Assembly: GCA_951406725.2 (NCBI GenBank)
Contig: OX597815.1
Coordinates: 75,330,001 to 75,394,000 of the forward strand
Reading direction: 5' to 3'
Length of the DNA: 64,000 nt
Source of the DNA: Octopus vulgaris
Lineage: Eukaryota
The position numbers and the translations under genes were made by a program. The notes beneath the pieces were generated by a model. The model was not told where the DNA came from. It did no database searches and saw only the letters and a list, made by a program, of their open reading frames with translations. Below, piece by piece: positions 1-13,695 of this stretch (its first letter is position 1; every line of letters starts with the position of its first letter).

Positions 1-295
1 AAGATATGGTGATAAACAGAATAGTAATTCATAGAGGTTGATGGGAAAGGGGGAGTGAGAAAGACAGGAAGAAAGAAAAGAAGAGTGAGGAAAGTAATGA
101 AAAGAAGAAGAAGAAATAGAGAGATGAAATGAGAAATAGGAGAAAAAGGAGTGATATTCAAACGAAGGAAATATAGATAAATGAATGGATTAATTTATGT
201 ATGTTAAGCGAAAAAGTGACAAACGGGAGAATAGACGGAAAAGCACGCATGCGCATGCCTGCACACACCTACCTACTCATCTAAATTATATGCGT

Positions 296-715
296 TTATT
301 CTTTTACTCCTATTCTTTTACTCGTTTCAGGCATCTGATTGCGGCCATCCTGGAGCACCGCCTTAAAGGGTTTTAGTCGAAGTAATCTATCCTAGGGCTT
401 ACTCTTTGTAAGCCTAGTACTTATTCTATCGGGCTTTTTTGCCCAACCGCTAAGTTACGGGGACGTAAACACAGACATCGGTTGTCAAGCGATGGTGGGA
501 AGACAAACACAGGCTCAAAGAGACACACATATAAATATACTTACATATATACATATATGACGGGCTTCTCTCAGTTTCCGTCTACCAAATCTACTCACAC
601 GGCTCTGGTTAGCCCTAGGCTATAGTAACACGCCCAAGGTAACACGCAGTAGAACTGAACCCGAAACCATGTGGCTGGGAAGCAAGCTTCTTACCACACA
701 GCCACGCCTGCGCCT
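296..715 (-). mobile_element. Composite tRNA-derived SINE (head + microsatellite + tail), reverse copy
   Basis: Reverse complement of the element at 990-1377. The head end is followed by an approximately 30-bp local tandem duplication (to about 770). Confidence 0.8.
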
Positions 716-854
716 AGCTTCTTACCCAACAGCCACGCCTGCGCCTAGCTTCTTACCCCACAGCCATGCCTAAGAGAAAGTGGTGGTGACGAGACTGGTA
801 ATATATATTAGGTAAATGTTTCTCTGTATGCATGTATGTATTTATGAATGTATG

Positions 855-888
<34 letters not shown>

Positions 889-989
889 TGTATGTATGTA
901 TGTATGTATGTATGTATGTATGTATGTATGCATGCATGCATGTATGCACGTATGTATATCTATGTATTCATTTATGCTTTCATGTTTGT

Positions 990-1377
990 GGCGCAGGAGT
1001 GGCTGTGTGGTAAGTAGCTTGTTTACCAACCACATGGTTCCGGGTTCAGTCCCACTGCATGGCACCTTGGGCAAGTGTCTTCTACTATAGCCTCGGGCCG
1101 ACCAAAGCCTTGTGAGTGGATTTGGTAGACAGAAACTGAAAGAAGCCCGTCGCATATATGTATATATATGTATATATGTGTACGTGTATGTTTGCGTTTG
1201 TCCTAGCGATGCCGGTGTGCTTATGTCCCCGTCACTTAGCAGTTCGGCAAAAGAGACCGATAGAATAAGTACTGGGCTTACAAAGAATAAGTCCTGGGGT
1301 CGAGTTGCTCGATTAAAGGCAGTGCTCCATCATGGCCGCAGTCAAATGACTGAAACAAGTAAAAAAGTAAAAGAGTA
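990..1377 (+). mobile_element. Composite tRNA-derived SINE (Octopus-type family)
   Basis: Head GGCGCAGGAGTGGCTGTGTGGTAAG with B-box-like GGTTCAGTCCC, internal (TA/TG)n, tail ...GGCCGCAGTCAAATGACTGAAACAAGTAAAA. Near-identical copies at 27078-27520 and 39361-39795; tail-only copies near 5245-5400 and 49255-49470. Confidence 0.85.
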
Positions 1378-2234
1378 AGACACAGGAGTAGTTTTCGATG
1401 AGGCTGGTATAACCAAATGGACCAAGCGTCCCTATATTGTTCTTTTCATGCCGAACCTTGCGTTATGAAGAGTAATATCGCGTCTGGCAAGATTTGAAGT
1501 TAGAACGTTGGTGGAATAAAAGTAAATACTGGGGGATAATCGCTTAAAAACGTTTGAGGTGTAGGTTTGTATCGTATTTATAAGGTTGTAGAGTTATAAG
1601 GGAATAACTTTAGTGCATTCAGAGCATTAATAGCATCTATTTTATCAACCCCGGAGCGATAATTGGTTAAGTTAATCCTGCTATGATTTCAAGTTAGAGA
1701 GTAAAAGGATCTTAAATGTGTATCGCAGGGTAATTAGCAGATATATTGTCGGGGATTTAGTAGATATACTGAAGGTTAGTGAGAAATGCTGTCGGGTGTT
1801 TAGCAGAAATACTACAGGGTATTTAACAGAAATAGTGTTAAACGCTCAGCAGAAATACTACAGGTTGTATACCAGCAGCAATAATATTTACACGCACGCA
1901 CGCACACACACACGCGCGCGCGCACACACACATTCCCACAAACACACAGACAGACAGACGCACACACACACATTCACACACACAGATTTTTCATAAGTTT
2001 CTGCTTAAAGTTACAGCGTTTAAAAAAATCATGATTAAATAAATGAAAATAATTAACGTTTACTCACCATTATACCTGTACAATTGAACTAAATGAGACC
2101 ACTGAACATATATGTGTGTATATATATATGCATATATATCTCTGTGTATGTGTACGTGTGTGTTTGTGTGTGTATATGTGTGTGTGCATATATATGTGTA
2201 TATATGTGGGTGTGTATGTGATCATATATAAGTA

Positions 2235-2745
2235 CCGTAAATGCTCGAGTATAGTCCGCCATTCAGTATAATATGCAGGGGATTTGTAGGGGGCTGTACC
2301 TCTGAAAAACCTAAACCTTGTGTATAATACGCACCCCTTCTCTAACTTGAGTCATGGAGGTCTATATAACGTCCTTAGTTTGTAAAAATGTATACGGTAA
2401 CGCCCTTTATTATTATTGTATACATAACATGATGCAAACGTGTAGCTTTTTTGTGCATTTTGTTTGCAGAAAATAAAGAAATAACAGTAATAACGTTTAA
2501 TAAATGTTGCTTACTGCAAGTTATGGATGATTCTTTTATGACTTCATTGCTTTGAGGCTTAGCTTAAGGTATTTTCGCGCCCGACATCACAAAATACATC
2601 TGAATAAACATTGCCGGACAGCAAATCGAGACTCGGACATTGCTTAGAAAATAATTTTCATTTTTAACCTCGTATATAGTACGCACTAAGGATTTTGACC
2701 TTTAAATTTTGGGAAAAAATGCGGATTATACTCGAAGATTTACGG
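2235..2745. mobile_element. MITE, Tc1/pogo-like
   Basis: TIRs CCGTAAATGCTCGAGTATA / TATACTCGAAGATTTACGG, each flanked by TA; no ORF. Confidence 0.75.
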
Positions 2746-3932
2746 TATGTAAGTATGTGTGCGCACGCGTGTGTATTCGTACCCCAGAGACCCTATCATA
2801 AAACGATTAATCACCACTGTCTGCATCATCTTTTCAAGATCGATTGTTTTAAAGTTCATCCAGAAACTCCAAGAAGATCCCACTTCTTTTTCAATGTTTA
2901 CTTTACAACGTTATTATAACTTTTTCAAAGGCGGCGAGCTGGCTGAATCGTTAGCACACCGGACGATATATTTAGTGGCATTTCGTCCGTCTGAGTTCAT
3001 GTTCCGCCGAGTTCAACTTTGCATTTCATCCTTTCGAAGTCGGTAACATTTCATTCCTTGTGCCTAAAGTAAAAAGGTTTATTATAATCTTTTCATTTCT
3101 GTTATTATTTTTCGTCACATTTATTTTCGTAATAAGAATGACATTTGATACTCAGAACGACTCTGATCAATTGCTAACATCCAATTTCATCAACTCTACA
3201 AAATGGTGTCGGCGACGGTGAGGTTGGGGGTGATGATTGATGGAAAAGGAATAATCTTCGGTAATTTAATATTTTGTTACTGTCATTCTCTCTTCCTTTC
3301 TAAAACAACATTTGCAGTCCATAAGATGTGGGTATTTTTCTTTTTCTTTTTCTTTTTTCTTTTTTTACATTAAGTGTATTTCAACGCTGCAAATTGTAAC
3401 AGAAACGCCATTTATAAAGAGTAATGAGGTATCGTGTGAGGTACAGGTTGAGTACTTGGGCTTTTGTAGTCAAATAATATATGTCCATTAAATGGCTTCA
3501 AATTTTGGCACAGAACCAGCAATTTCAGGGGAAGGGTAAGTCCAGGAATTTCAACTGGTACTTATTTTATCGATACCGAAGGGATAAAAGGCAGAGTCGA
3601 TCTAGGCAGGATTTGAACTCAGAACGTGAAGACGGACGAAATGCTGCTAAGTATTTTGCCCAGCGTTCTAACGATTCTGCCAGCTTGCCGTCTTATATGT
3701 TCAGTAACTTTAGAAAGGCATAGAGCTGGCAGAATCGTTAGCACATGGAAGAATATGCTTAGCGGCATTTCTTCCAGCTCTTTACGTTTCTGACTTCAAA
3801 TCCAACTGAGAGCAATTTTGCCTTTCATTCCTTCGGGGTCGATAATAGAAAGTACTAGTCAAGAACTGGGGTCGTCTCCTCTCTTTAAAATTATTGGCCT
3901 TGAACCCTGAAATGCATCGGCGTTCCGTTCAA

Positions 3933-4437
3933 GGTAAAGGTAAAAACACCTTCTCGAGTCATACCAATTCACAAGGGCCAGTTTCCCGGTTTCATGGCAT
4001 ATGTATTCCCCACCAGGACGGGACACCGGTCCGTCACAGGATTACTCATTTTTGCCAGCAGAGTTAACTGGAGCAACGTTAAATAAAGTGTTTTTCTCAA
4101 GAACACAACGGTCCAGGAATCGAAACCACAGTTTTACAGTCATGTGTCCAACATCTCTAGCCACTAAGCCACGTGCCTCCAAAAAAAGTAGAACTCTCTC
4201 CCGAGTCATATAGACTCATAGGGTCGGTTTCCCCGGTTTCCATGGCGTATATTTTCCCCACCTGGATGGGACGCCGGTCCGTCGCAGGATTATTCATTTT
4301 TGCCAGCTGAGGAGTGGACTGGAGCAACACGAAGTAAAATGTTTTGCTCAAGAACACAACGCGTCGCCCGGTCCAATCGAAACTACAATCTTACGATCAT
4401 GAGTCCAACACCCTGACTGTTAAGCCACGTGCCTCCA
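3933..4437 (-). mobile_element. Head-to-tail dimer of a tRNA-derived SINE with a 12-bp TSD
   Basis: Two related ~250-bp units (3933-4180, 4181-4437). Direct repeat CGTTCCGTTCAA at 3921-3932 and 4438-4449. (TTTACC)n tail on the minus strand. Confidence 0.75.
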
Positions 4438-6032
4438 CGTTCCGTTCAACCAGAACGATTGTCATCTCGGTCGCTTATGCACCGATGAAAACCAGGAAAA
4501 CGGCCTTATGAGTTTTAGGGATCAAGAAAAAAACCAAAAAAAACATTAGAAATGAAGTTGTAAGCTTACTGCCGAATTTTGAATCAAATGCATAGTTAAT
4601 AACATGATTTAGCAATTTCGTTGCTGTTGTTGGTGTTACTATTGTTGTAATTGTTATTAGACGTTAATAGACGTTAGTTAAGATTTATGATCGGAAAATG
4701 AGACGGTTGAAATTTTGGAAGTCATCCATAGCTTCGTTCATCACACCTTGTATATCATTCCTCAGTCAGGTTTAATTGAGGCCGAAAATGTATATCCTGT
4801 GAACCACAGTAATACAAAATAATTACACGTTCTTCTTAATGGAAATACTTCAAAGTAATTCGTTTGTGCAGCAACATCAAACAAAACACATTTATTCGTT
4901 TATTTCTTGGTATTCGAAAAACACTTAGCTAGAGTAGAAACAGTCTATAGCATTGGTAGCAGAGAAAGAAGTTTTTAATCCTTTTGTTACCATATTTCTG
5001 TTGAAATACATTGCTTTGGTTTCAGTTAATTTTGAAAATCATCTCTTATCTTTTATCTTTTAGTTGTTTTAGTTACTGGATGCTGACAAAAGCTGGGGCG
5101 CCGCCTAAATGGTCTAGTCGAACAAATCGACCCTACTACTTATTTTCGAGTTTAATACTTATTCTATCCGTCCCTTTTGCGGAGATGTAAACAAATAAAC
5201 GCTGGTTGTCAAGCGCTATCACACACACACACACACACGCACACACGTAGTGTGTCTATGTCCCCGTAACTTAACGATTCGGTAAAAAAGACCGATAGAT
5301 TAAGTACTAGGCTTACAAAGAATAAGTCCTGGGGTCGATTTGTTCGACTAAGGGCGGTGCTCCAGCATAGCCGCAGTCAAATGACTGAAACAAATAAAAT
5401 AATATAAGAAAATACATACATGTACACATATATAATATATACATATATATATATGAATATATATATGAATATATCTATATATATATATATAGATATATTC
5501 ATACACACACACACATGCGCACACACACGTGCGCGCACGCGCACACACACACACATATATTTATCATAAGGGCACAGAGTTCAATTTTTTCACTTGATAA
5601 AATTACTGATGAAGGTTGAGGCTTCTCGCCAGAACTAGAATCATGATTCAAGTGTATCCAAATACCAAAATATTTAGCATTGAGCTGTCTTTGGTATTTC
5701 AAAATTATTTAACCCGTTCGCCCGACTACTGTTGTTTTTCTGTTGAATTTTTCAGTGTTATTGGTGGTTTAACTAAGGATTTTAACTCCTCTTTCTAGCA
5801 GGTAGGTGCATTGTATGCCTTTCATGATAAATATAAATTTTAATTCTATAGCTATCTAATGATGTTAAAGGCCTGCAACTACCCATATTGTTGTTGGTAT
5901 TATCGGCTATTTATATTTACCGCAGACAATAACAATATATCTATATAATAATAATATCTATATAAATATTCACTTCTGAACATCTACTCTTTATAATATT
6001 TCTTGATTTTTGTGTATTTTCAGATCCTTATA

Positions 6033-7065
6033 ATGGAATGTCAAGTGGACAAAACTGTGCATTTTCGATACCATTTCCTTTTTGCATTTAATCGAGGTGT
6101 TATGGCCGCCGAAGCTGCTCGTAAGCTGTGAGATACGGAGAAGGATCAATGCCTCAAAGTATCGCCCGCCGTTGGTTTCTGTGCTTCAAAATAGGAATTT
6201 CGACCCCAATGACGGATCACACACTGGTCGACCAACTGAGTTCGATGAAGAGCGATTGAATCAACTTCCTCACGAAAATCCACCTCAAACGACCAGAGAA
6301 TTGGTAGGGCAGATGGTTTGTGATAAAAACTCTGTGGTAAGCCACCTTCACTCAATGGGCAAGGTTCAGAAACTTGGCGCTTGGGTGTCACACACATTGA
6401 GCGAAATCAACGCTCCACAACCGTCACCAGTTTGCTCGCTTGGCATCGCTCAATACATGGTCACAAACAGTGTTTTCTTTACCGCATTGTCACTGGTGAT
6501 AAAAAACGGTGCCTTTACGTCAATATGAAGCAGCGAAAAGAATGGCTTAGCCACGACAAACAAGCGACTCTGCGAGCAAAACAAGACCTTCATCATCAAA
6601 AGACCATGTTGTGTGTATGGTGGGGCTGGGAAGACATAATTCATTACGAACTGCTTAAGCGTAACCAAACACTCAATGCGGAGCTCTACGTTCAACAACT
6701 GCACCGACTCAACGAAGCAATTCAGCAAAAAAGACCCGAAAAGGCGAAATGGTGTTCTTCTGCAATACGACAACACCCGTCCTCACATCGTCAATATGAC
6801 CAAAGCCGCGGTTCAAGAACTTGAATGGGAAGTGCTTCCTCATACTTCATACTCTCCAGGTTTGGCACCGTCAGATTTTCATCTCTTTCAACCGCTTTCG
6901 AATGCTTTGTGTGGTGTATCGTTCAATAATGACGTGGAATTGAGGGTTTGGTTGGACGATTTCTTTGAGTCAAGACCGGGAAATTTCTATCGCCGAGGAT
7001 TCGAAAAAATCATTGAACAATGGAAGGAAGTCGTAAACAACAATGGAGAGTATATTGTTCATTAA
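6033..7065 (+). pseudogene. Mariner (DD34D) transposase, frameshifted
   Basis: MECQVDKTVHFRYHFLFAFNRG N-terminus, GRP, WVSH (WVPH-like), IVTGDKK, YDNTRPH and YSPGLAPSDFHLF motifs spread over several frames. Confidence 0.92.
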
Positions 7066-8548
7066 TTTGTTGTAGTTTTTTTCTATGTTGCGAACTTGAA
7101 CAAGACACTTTATTTCACGTTGCTCCAGTTCACTCAGTTATAGAAATGAGTTGTGACGTCACTGGTGCCAAGCTGTATCAACGTTTGTCTTTCCCTTGGA
7201 CAAATCGGTGATCTAGAGAAGGATGGTATGTATGGGCTACTGCTGGTCATCCACAAACAATTTGCCCCCCTCCCCTCCAGATTTGTACCCGGGGGGTAAT
7301 TTTCTAGTTGCGGTTCCATTCGTGAATAGAGAATATAGGATACGTTCTTACAGCGACGTGCAATTTATCATGCTAAATCAAGTTAAAAGTTTGAGGTGTA
7401 GAGTTTACAAACGAATTTAGGATTATTACATTCACACTTCAGGTAGTAATGGAAGTGTTCATTCCCAAAAAACAACCAGCCAACCAAACTATCAATTGTT
7501 CATAAGTCATTATTTTGTTTGACACGACCAACCAAAATACATGCTTGAAATTAGGAAGGGCTTTGACAGATAATTACTTGGATAAAACAATGTGGAAAGA
7601 GATCAATGTCTGTTTCCTGTAACCAAAAAGAGCGAACAAGTTTGATAGGATGTCGTAGAAGACCATCAAGACAACCCTTGAAGCAACTAGGAAAAGCTAT
7701 AAGGAATGTTCTTCTTATATATGAACAAACGAAAATAACGAATGATGTCGATCAGGAAAATCTGGCCATTCCAAATTTGATGGTACATGAGAATGCACCG
7801 TGGTGGTAGGACTGTTAGTGGTGACAATTCTGCCACCATTTCGTATCTGTGTCAAATAAGAAGCGTGGCAAAGCTGCGATTAATAATTTTCTGTATACAT
7901 TGTTTTTTTTTTAATAACCTGATAACGGTAGTGATATTTGTACTTCAAAGAGATGTTAGTTTAATAGGCTAGACAAACTACTTAACTCTTATTAAATACT
8001 TATTACAAAGACTAATGGCTGTAGATTCAATACAATATTTTGTTAGTTTTTAGTTTCTTGTCACGGAGATAGCGTCATCCGTAAATTAAAGTGATCAGCT
8101 TCTAGTACAGTTCAGTTTCGATACGTATTTCAGCTTAATTATGCTATTAAAGACCATAGCAGTGACGCGAACGTCACCACTTCAATTTACTCTCACCTAT
8201 ATGAAGGTCACAGTTTTTTTGAGCTATAAACTTTGAAAGACAAAAAAAAACAAACTATTATTCTGGTAATAAGATTAAAATAATGGGTAAGATTTATGTG
8301 TTCGATGTGGGAAGACAATTCTTGAAATTAATATTTTGGTAATAAATCTCATTTCCATATTAATATCGCAGCCATGAAATTAATTATGAATTTATGAAGG
8401 AAAGCAAAAAATAATATTTTAAAAATCTAACGATAACTAGATTTTAAAACCAAGCCACTTGTGTGGTATGGGCAAAAACTGACCGTAGTGATTAAATATT
8501 TCCATGATTCCAAGTATATATTTCATTTGATATCTTCTCATGTTATTG

Positions 8549-8830
8549 TATGTGGTCTGATCAATAAGTATCCGGACTGTTTCCATTGTAACGAAGCTAA
8601 AGCACGCAGAGTAAAGCCGCTTGGCATAGATTGACCTCGAGCTCTGCTGTGCATGCACACTAAGTTTTAATGTTCTAGCTTACTTCTAATGTTTACAGTA
8701 GTGCTTGGAAATAACGTGTGTAACGTGTGATCGTCGCATTGACCATGACGGAGAAAGTTGAGCATCAAAGTTTACCAAAAGATTGGCGATACCTGCTCAG
8801 AGGCCTACACGAAGTTTTCAAAAAGTTTTC
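8549..8830 (+). mobile_element. Mariner 5' fragment (TIR + N-terminal remnant)
   Basis: TATGTGGTCTGATCAATAAGTATCCGGAC resembles a mariner TIR and is followed by MTEKVE..IK..KIGDTCSEAY. Confidence 0.5.
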
Positions 8831-9249
8831 ATCGTTGTCAACACAATCGAGGAGATCTTGCGCAACTGAAACCTGAGTGTCTTTTTGGTCAGCTGAAAAC
8901 AGTTTTGGCACAATATGAATCTATACAGAACCAGCCAGATACCGTTCACTTCTTATCATGGGCTTTTGTGCCTGAAATATATAAATGTTATTAAAAGTTT
9001 ACCTTTACACATTTTAAGAAGCTGTCTGTCTTCATTATTTTGTTATTTTGCTAAGTCATGCATATCATCAGTCCAGTGATTTAGATTTCATAAAGGGAAC
9101 AAGAATGATTGTTAGATGCTTTCTCTATGCAAATAAATAAACAAATTGAAATTTAACCCTTCAATTGAACCAAATCATTCATTAATTCTCCATGTTCCAG
9201 TATACATACATACATACATACATACATACATACATACATACATACATAC

Positions 9250-9727
9250 ATACATACGAGACAGGAGAAGGCTCTCACGCAGTTCGCGTCGATCAAATTT
9301 CTTCATAAAACATTGGTCAGCCCAAACCCAGAAGAATACGCTTGCCTAGGGTACCCTGCAGTGAAACTGAACTCGAAACCACGTAGTTGCGTAACTGAGT
9401 TCTTAATAGCATAACACGTTATTTCCAAGCCACATAACTCATACAACGAGGCCCACTTAAACATGGTGTTAGCAATATTCACCACTTTTAGCAGCTGGAA
9501 TATTACTAACACCATGTTTAAGTGGGCCTCGTTGTATGAATTAAGTGGCTTGGAAATAACGTGTTATGCTATTAAGAACTCAGTTACGCAACTACGTGGT
9601 TTCGAGTTCAGTTTCACTGCAGGGTACCCTAGGCAAGCGTATTCTTCTGGGTTTGGGCTGACCAATGTTTTATGAAGAAATTTGATCGACGCGAACTGCG
9701 TGAGAGCCTGTCTCCTGTCTCGTATGT
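9250..9727. repeat. Long near-perfect inverted repeat (~230-bp arms, ~17-bp spacer) containing a degenerate SINE head
   Basis: 9250-9480 is the reverse complement of 9498-9727; the ORF track shows mirror-image peptides on both strands. Confidence 0.9.
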
Positions 9728-9730
9728 ATG

Positions 9731-9810
<80 letters not shown>

Positions 9811-9831
9811 TACATACACACGCACACATAC

Positions 9832-9941
9832 ATACGAAGAGTGTATGAAAAATCTTGGGCCTCAAAAAACAAAACATTGTACAAGACTTCTGATGAAGGT
9901 ACAAGACTTCAAGGCTCAAAACTTTTCATACATCCCTCGTA
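9832..9941. mobile_element. Tiny mariner-type MITE
   Basis: TACGAAGAGTGTATGAAAAATCTTGGGCCT ... AGGCTCAAAACTTTTCATACATCCCTCGTA imperfect TIRs. Confidence 0.6.
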
Positions 9942-10435
9942 CATACATTTTCCCAAATTTCGGTCATCCTCGTCCACTTCTTCCATCGAGTCTATTCGTC
10001 TATTCTTTCTATTCCATCCTCTCTTCTTTCCTTTCTTTCTCTTCACTTTAATACTTTCCTTCTAAATCGTAACTTGTCTTCCCCTTTCTTCTTTATCTTG
10101 CCCTTTTCCTTCTCTTTTCCGCCCTTCCCCATGCATGTAACATTCCTTCAGTGTTCTGCTTTGCTATAACCAGAAATGGCTCTGACGAAAGTAGAATTAA
10201 CTTATTAGATCTTTCAGTTTTTCTCAACTGATAAAGAGACCAATTGAGTAAACCTATCAGAAACGTACCTATAATGACTGCTGGAAAGATCTGTAAGCTA
10301 AATAAAGGGAAAATATGTAATGTCCGTTATTTATACTTTGTCTTAAGTCCACTACTAATAATAATACCTCTTTCTACTATAGGCACAAGGTCTGAAATTT
10401 GGGGAGTGGTCTAGTCCATTACATCTTTCTCAGTG

Positions 10436-10711
10436 CATTATTTACATTATTTACATTTGACGGATATTTGTCCTCATCTTGTTTGTTGTTAACACAACGT
10501 TTCGGCTAATATAATCTACAGCCTTCATCAGGTTTCTTGGGGAAATTTCGAACCTGGGTTTCCCCCAAGACACCTGATGAAGGCTGGGGGGTATATCAGC
10601 CGAAACATTGTGTTAACAACAAACAAGACGAGGAGAAATATCCGTCAAATGTAAATAATGTAAATAATATACATAATTCTTCACCTCTTAAATATAGAAC
10701 TGTATTATGTA
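10436..10711. mobile_element. Fold-back Penelope-LTR-like insert with two inverted minimal hammerhead motifs, nested in a SINE
   Basis: Arms ~10437-10542 and ~10562-10668. Motif GACAC-CTGATGA-AGGCTG..CAGCC-GAAAC-(G/A)TT-GTGTT on each strand. TCTCAGTG repeated at 10428-10435 and 10712-10719. Confidence 0.75.
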
Positions 10712-11997
10712 TCTCAGTGTTCAACTGGTACTTATTTTATTGTTCCCGAAGGGATGAAATGCCAAGTTGACCGTTATGGGATCTGAAATCAGAACGTAAA
10801 CAAGCGGTAGAATTTTATGTAAATACCCACACAAATTGTTACCGGTTTTTGTAATGCCCACCTTACCTGATGCCCCTGTAGTAAATAAAATAAATCATAA
10901 TCATCATCATCATCGTCATCATCATCATCATCAGGTTTCGGGAAGCTAATTTAAAACAATTTAATACGATTAACTTATCCACTCAACTGTTCCTTATAGA
11001 CATAACTTACTGTCCGTTCTCCTGTTCTTTTATTTTTACTTTTATTGAAAATGATTTGCAGATACTCAGGCTGGTAATTGACTACATTTAAATCGACCAG
11101 TCTAGGAGGTCCTGCTCTTTATTCCCTAGTTAGGCCCAACTCACTTTCACCCACACTGCCTGAGTTCGACTCTGAACGTGGGAACGTTCATGTAGAGTGG
11201 ATGTTCCAACATGGCTACAACCTTAAGGCTGGAACACATAAAGGAAAAATAAAGAAAAACACAAGAAGATAAAAAAAAAGGTTCAGGTGTCATAAAAAAA
11301 TTTTTCTTCGTCGGTTTAACATCAAACACTGCGTGTGAGAGTCATCTACCGTCTGTGGCACCTTCTGTGCAACCATCATTAGCAACTTATGTCTGTCAAG
11401 TGGTGTGCTAATTAGATTGCAAAATCTTAAAGTAAGTATCACTTCCGTTCTGAAAATAAAACTTTCTTAATACAATGAAACTCAATTCGTTGTTGATTAA
11501 TCTAGTTATTGATCGGTAAATATAAAACAGCTTGCTAGTAAATAGATATAGGTTTACTGTTCGGAGGAAATCTTAAAATCCTGGTTCAAGACACGAAAGT
11601 TTTATGTCATTAAAATATTGAAGTTAATGGAAGTGTGATCATTTTTCCTAATAGCGAAACCTATTAGATTTAAATGGAACGGACGTGAATCATACAAAAA
11701 TATCAAAAAAAGGATGGTGATGGTGGAGGAAGAGTGTGGTGGGAGTGGTGGTGACAATGATGATGACGATAATGAAGATGAGGAGGAGAACGACGCGACG
11801 AGGAAGAGGGGGAGGAACAGACGGGTAGTAGTGGTGATGACGACGACGATGATAATAACGATGATGAAGGTGATGGTGATGGTTTTGGTGGTGTCGGTGG
11901 TGGTGGTGGTGATGGTGGTAGTAGCGGTGAGGGTGGCGGTCGGTTTGATGATGATGATGATGAAGATATAAAGAAGAATGTGGGTGAGAGGGTAAAA

Positions 11998-12135
11998 AAG
12001 AAGAAGAAGAAGAAGAAGAAGAAGAAGAAGAAGAAGAAGAAGAAGAAGAAGAAGAAGAAGAAGAAGAAGAAGAAGAAGAAGAAGAAGAAGAAGACGACGA
12101 ACAACAACAACAACAACAGCATCAACAACAACAAC
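11998..12135. repeat. (AAG)n/(AAC)n microsatellite after a degenerate (GGT/GAT)n tract
   Basis: Direct reading. Confidence 0.95.
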
Positions 12136-12659
12136 GAGTGAAGGAAAGAAACGCCTTTATATCGACATACTCCGGCTGGAAATAGCAGTGCATTTTCCTA
12201 AAATTCCTCCCTTCTGTTTTTAAAAAACTACAACGAAACGAGGCACATTATGTAACATCGTTCTAGATAAACCTAAAACGAACAAGATCGTCACCACTGG
12301 GACACCTTTCATCCATAGTTTTGCTCGACGAAGATCGACCTGGGGCTAAACAACAACAGAAGCAGAAAAGAAAAAAAATATTTTTCGATTTAGCGGGTCT
12401 AGATTGTGAACGTGTGGATCTGGACTTGGTTCTACATTCGATCAAAGACCAGAAGAATAAATGAAATGTGTACTTTACAAATTAGTAGTTTCAAAATCAA
12501 AGTAGTGGAAGAGCATTCAAGTAGAACCGTTTAATAAACGAAGGCCTTAATTATATTGTAGTTCGATCAGTAAAATGAACTAGTTTCTTCCTCTGTCTAT
12601 CACACTTATTTCCCCTAAATCATTAATAGTAATTTTGGACAAGTTGTTTTCATCTATCT

Positions 12660-13430
12660 CATTGCTAAGCCTGCACTTATTTTATCGACTTCGAATGGAT
12701 AAGAGCTAAAGTCGACCTCGGCAGAATTTGAACTCAAGAAGTGACGCTAAGCATTTTGTCCGGCGTGCTAACGATTTTACCAACTCACCGTCTTAATAGA
12801 TAATAATAATAATAATCCTTTCTACTATAGACACAAGGCCTGAAATTTTGGTGGGAGGGATTATTTAATTACATCAGCCCCAGTATTTCACTGGTACTTA
12901 ATTTATATATACCCCGAAAGAGGTGTATATAATGTCAACTTCGGCGCATTTGAACTCAGAACGTAAAGACGGAAGAAATACTGTTAAGCATTTGCCTGGC
13001 GTGCTAACTATTCTGCCAGCTCGCCGACCAGCAGTTTCGGGTAAGGAGTTAAGTCGATTACATATGGTACTTATTTTATCGATGCCAAAAGGGCGAAAGG
13101 CAAAGTCGACCTCAGCGGCATTTGAACAAAGAATGTAAAGACGGACGAAATGTCGCTAAGCATTTTTCCCGGCGTGCTAACGATTCTGCTAGCTCACCGC
13201 CTTAATAATAATAATAATCTTTCTACTATAGGCACAAGGCCTGGATTTTGTGGAGAGGGGGACAGTCGATCATATCGACCCCAGTGTTTCACTGGTACTT
13301 AATTTATCAACCTCGAATGTATGGAAGGCAAAGTTGACCACAGCGGAATTTGAGCTCAGAAAGTAAAGACGGACGAAATGCTGCGAAGCATTTCGCCCGG
13401 TGTACTAATGATTCTGCCGACTCGCCACCT
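12660..13430 (-). mobile_element. Tandem cluster of about 4 copies of a second SINE family (AAGGCGGCGAGCTGGCAGAA... head, (ATT)n tail)
   Basis: Repeated GCCTTTCATCCTTTCGGGGTCGATAAA-like core, with copies separated by (AAT)n. Same family near 2930, 3500-3900, 21100-21340, 46345-46550 and 52820-52975. Confidence 0.75.
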
Positions 13431-13452
13431 TAATAATAATAATAATAATAAC

Positions 13453-13496
<44 letters not shown>

Positions 13497-13498
13497 TG

Positions 13499-13553
<55 letters not shown>

Positions 13554-13594
13554 AGAAGAAGAAGAAGAAGAAGAAGAAGAAGAAGAAGAAGAAG

Positions 13595-13671
<77 letters not shown>

Positions 13672-13695
13672 TGATGATGATGATGATGATGATAA
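13430..13695. repeat. Compound trinucleotide microsatellite (AAT)n(GAA)n(CAA)n(CGA)n(TGA)n
   Basis: Direct reading. Confidence 0.95.

Noticed and set aside
2060-2085. Possible 8-nt minus-strand micro-exon (AG|GTATAATG|GTGAGT)
   Set aside because: No polypyrimidine tract; expected by chance without RNA evidence.
9888-9930. CTGATGAAGG as a hammerhead core
   Set aside because: No stem II-GAAA-NUH follows; it lies inside a small MITE.
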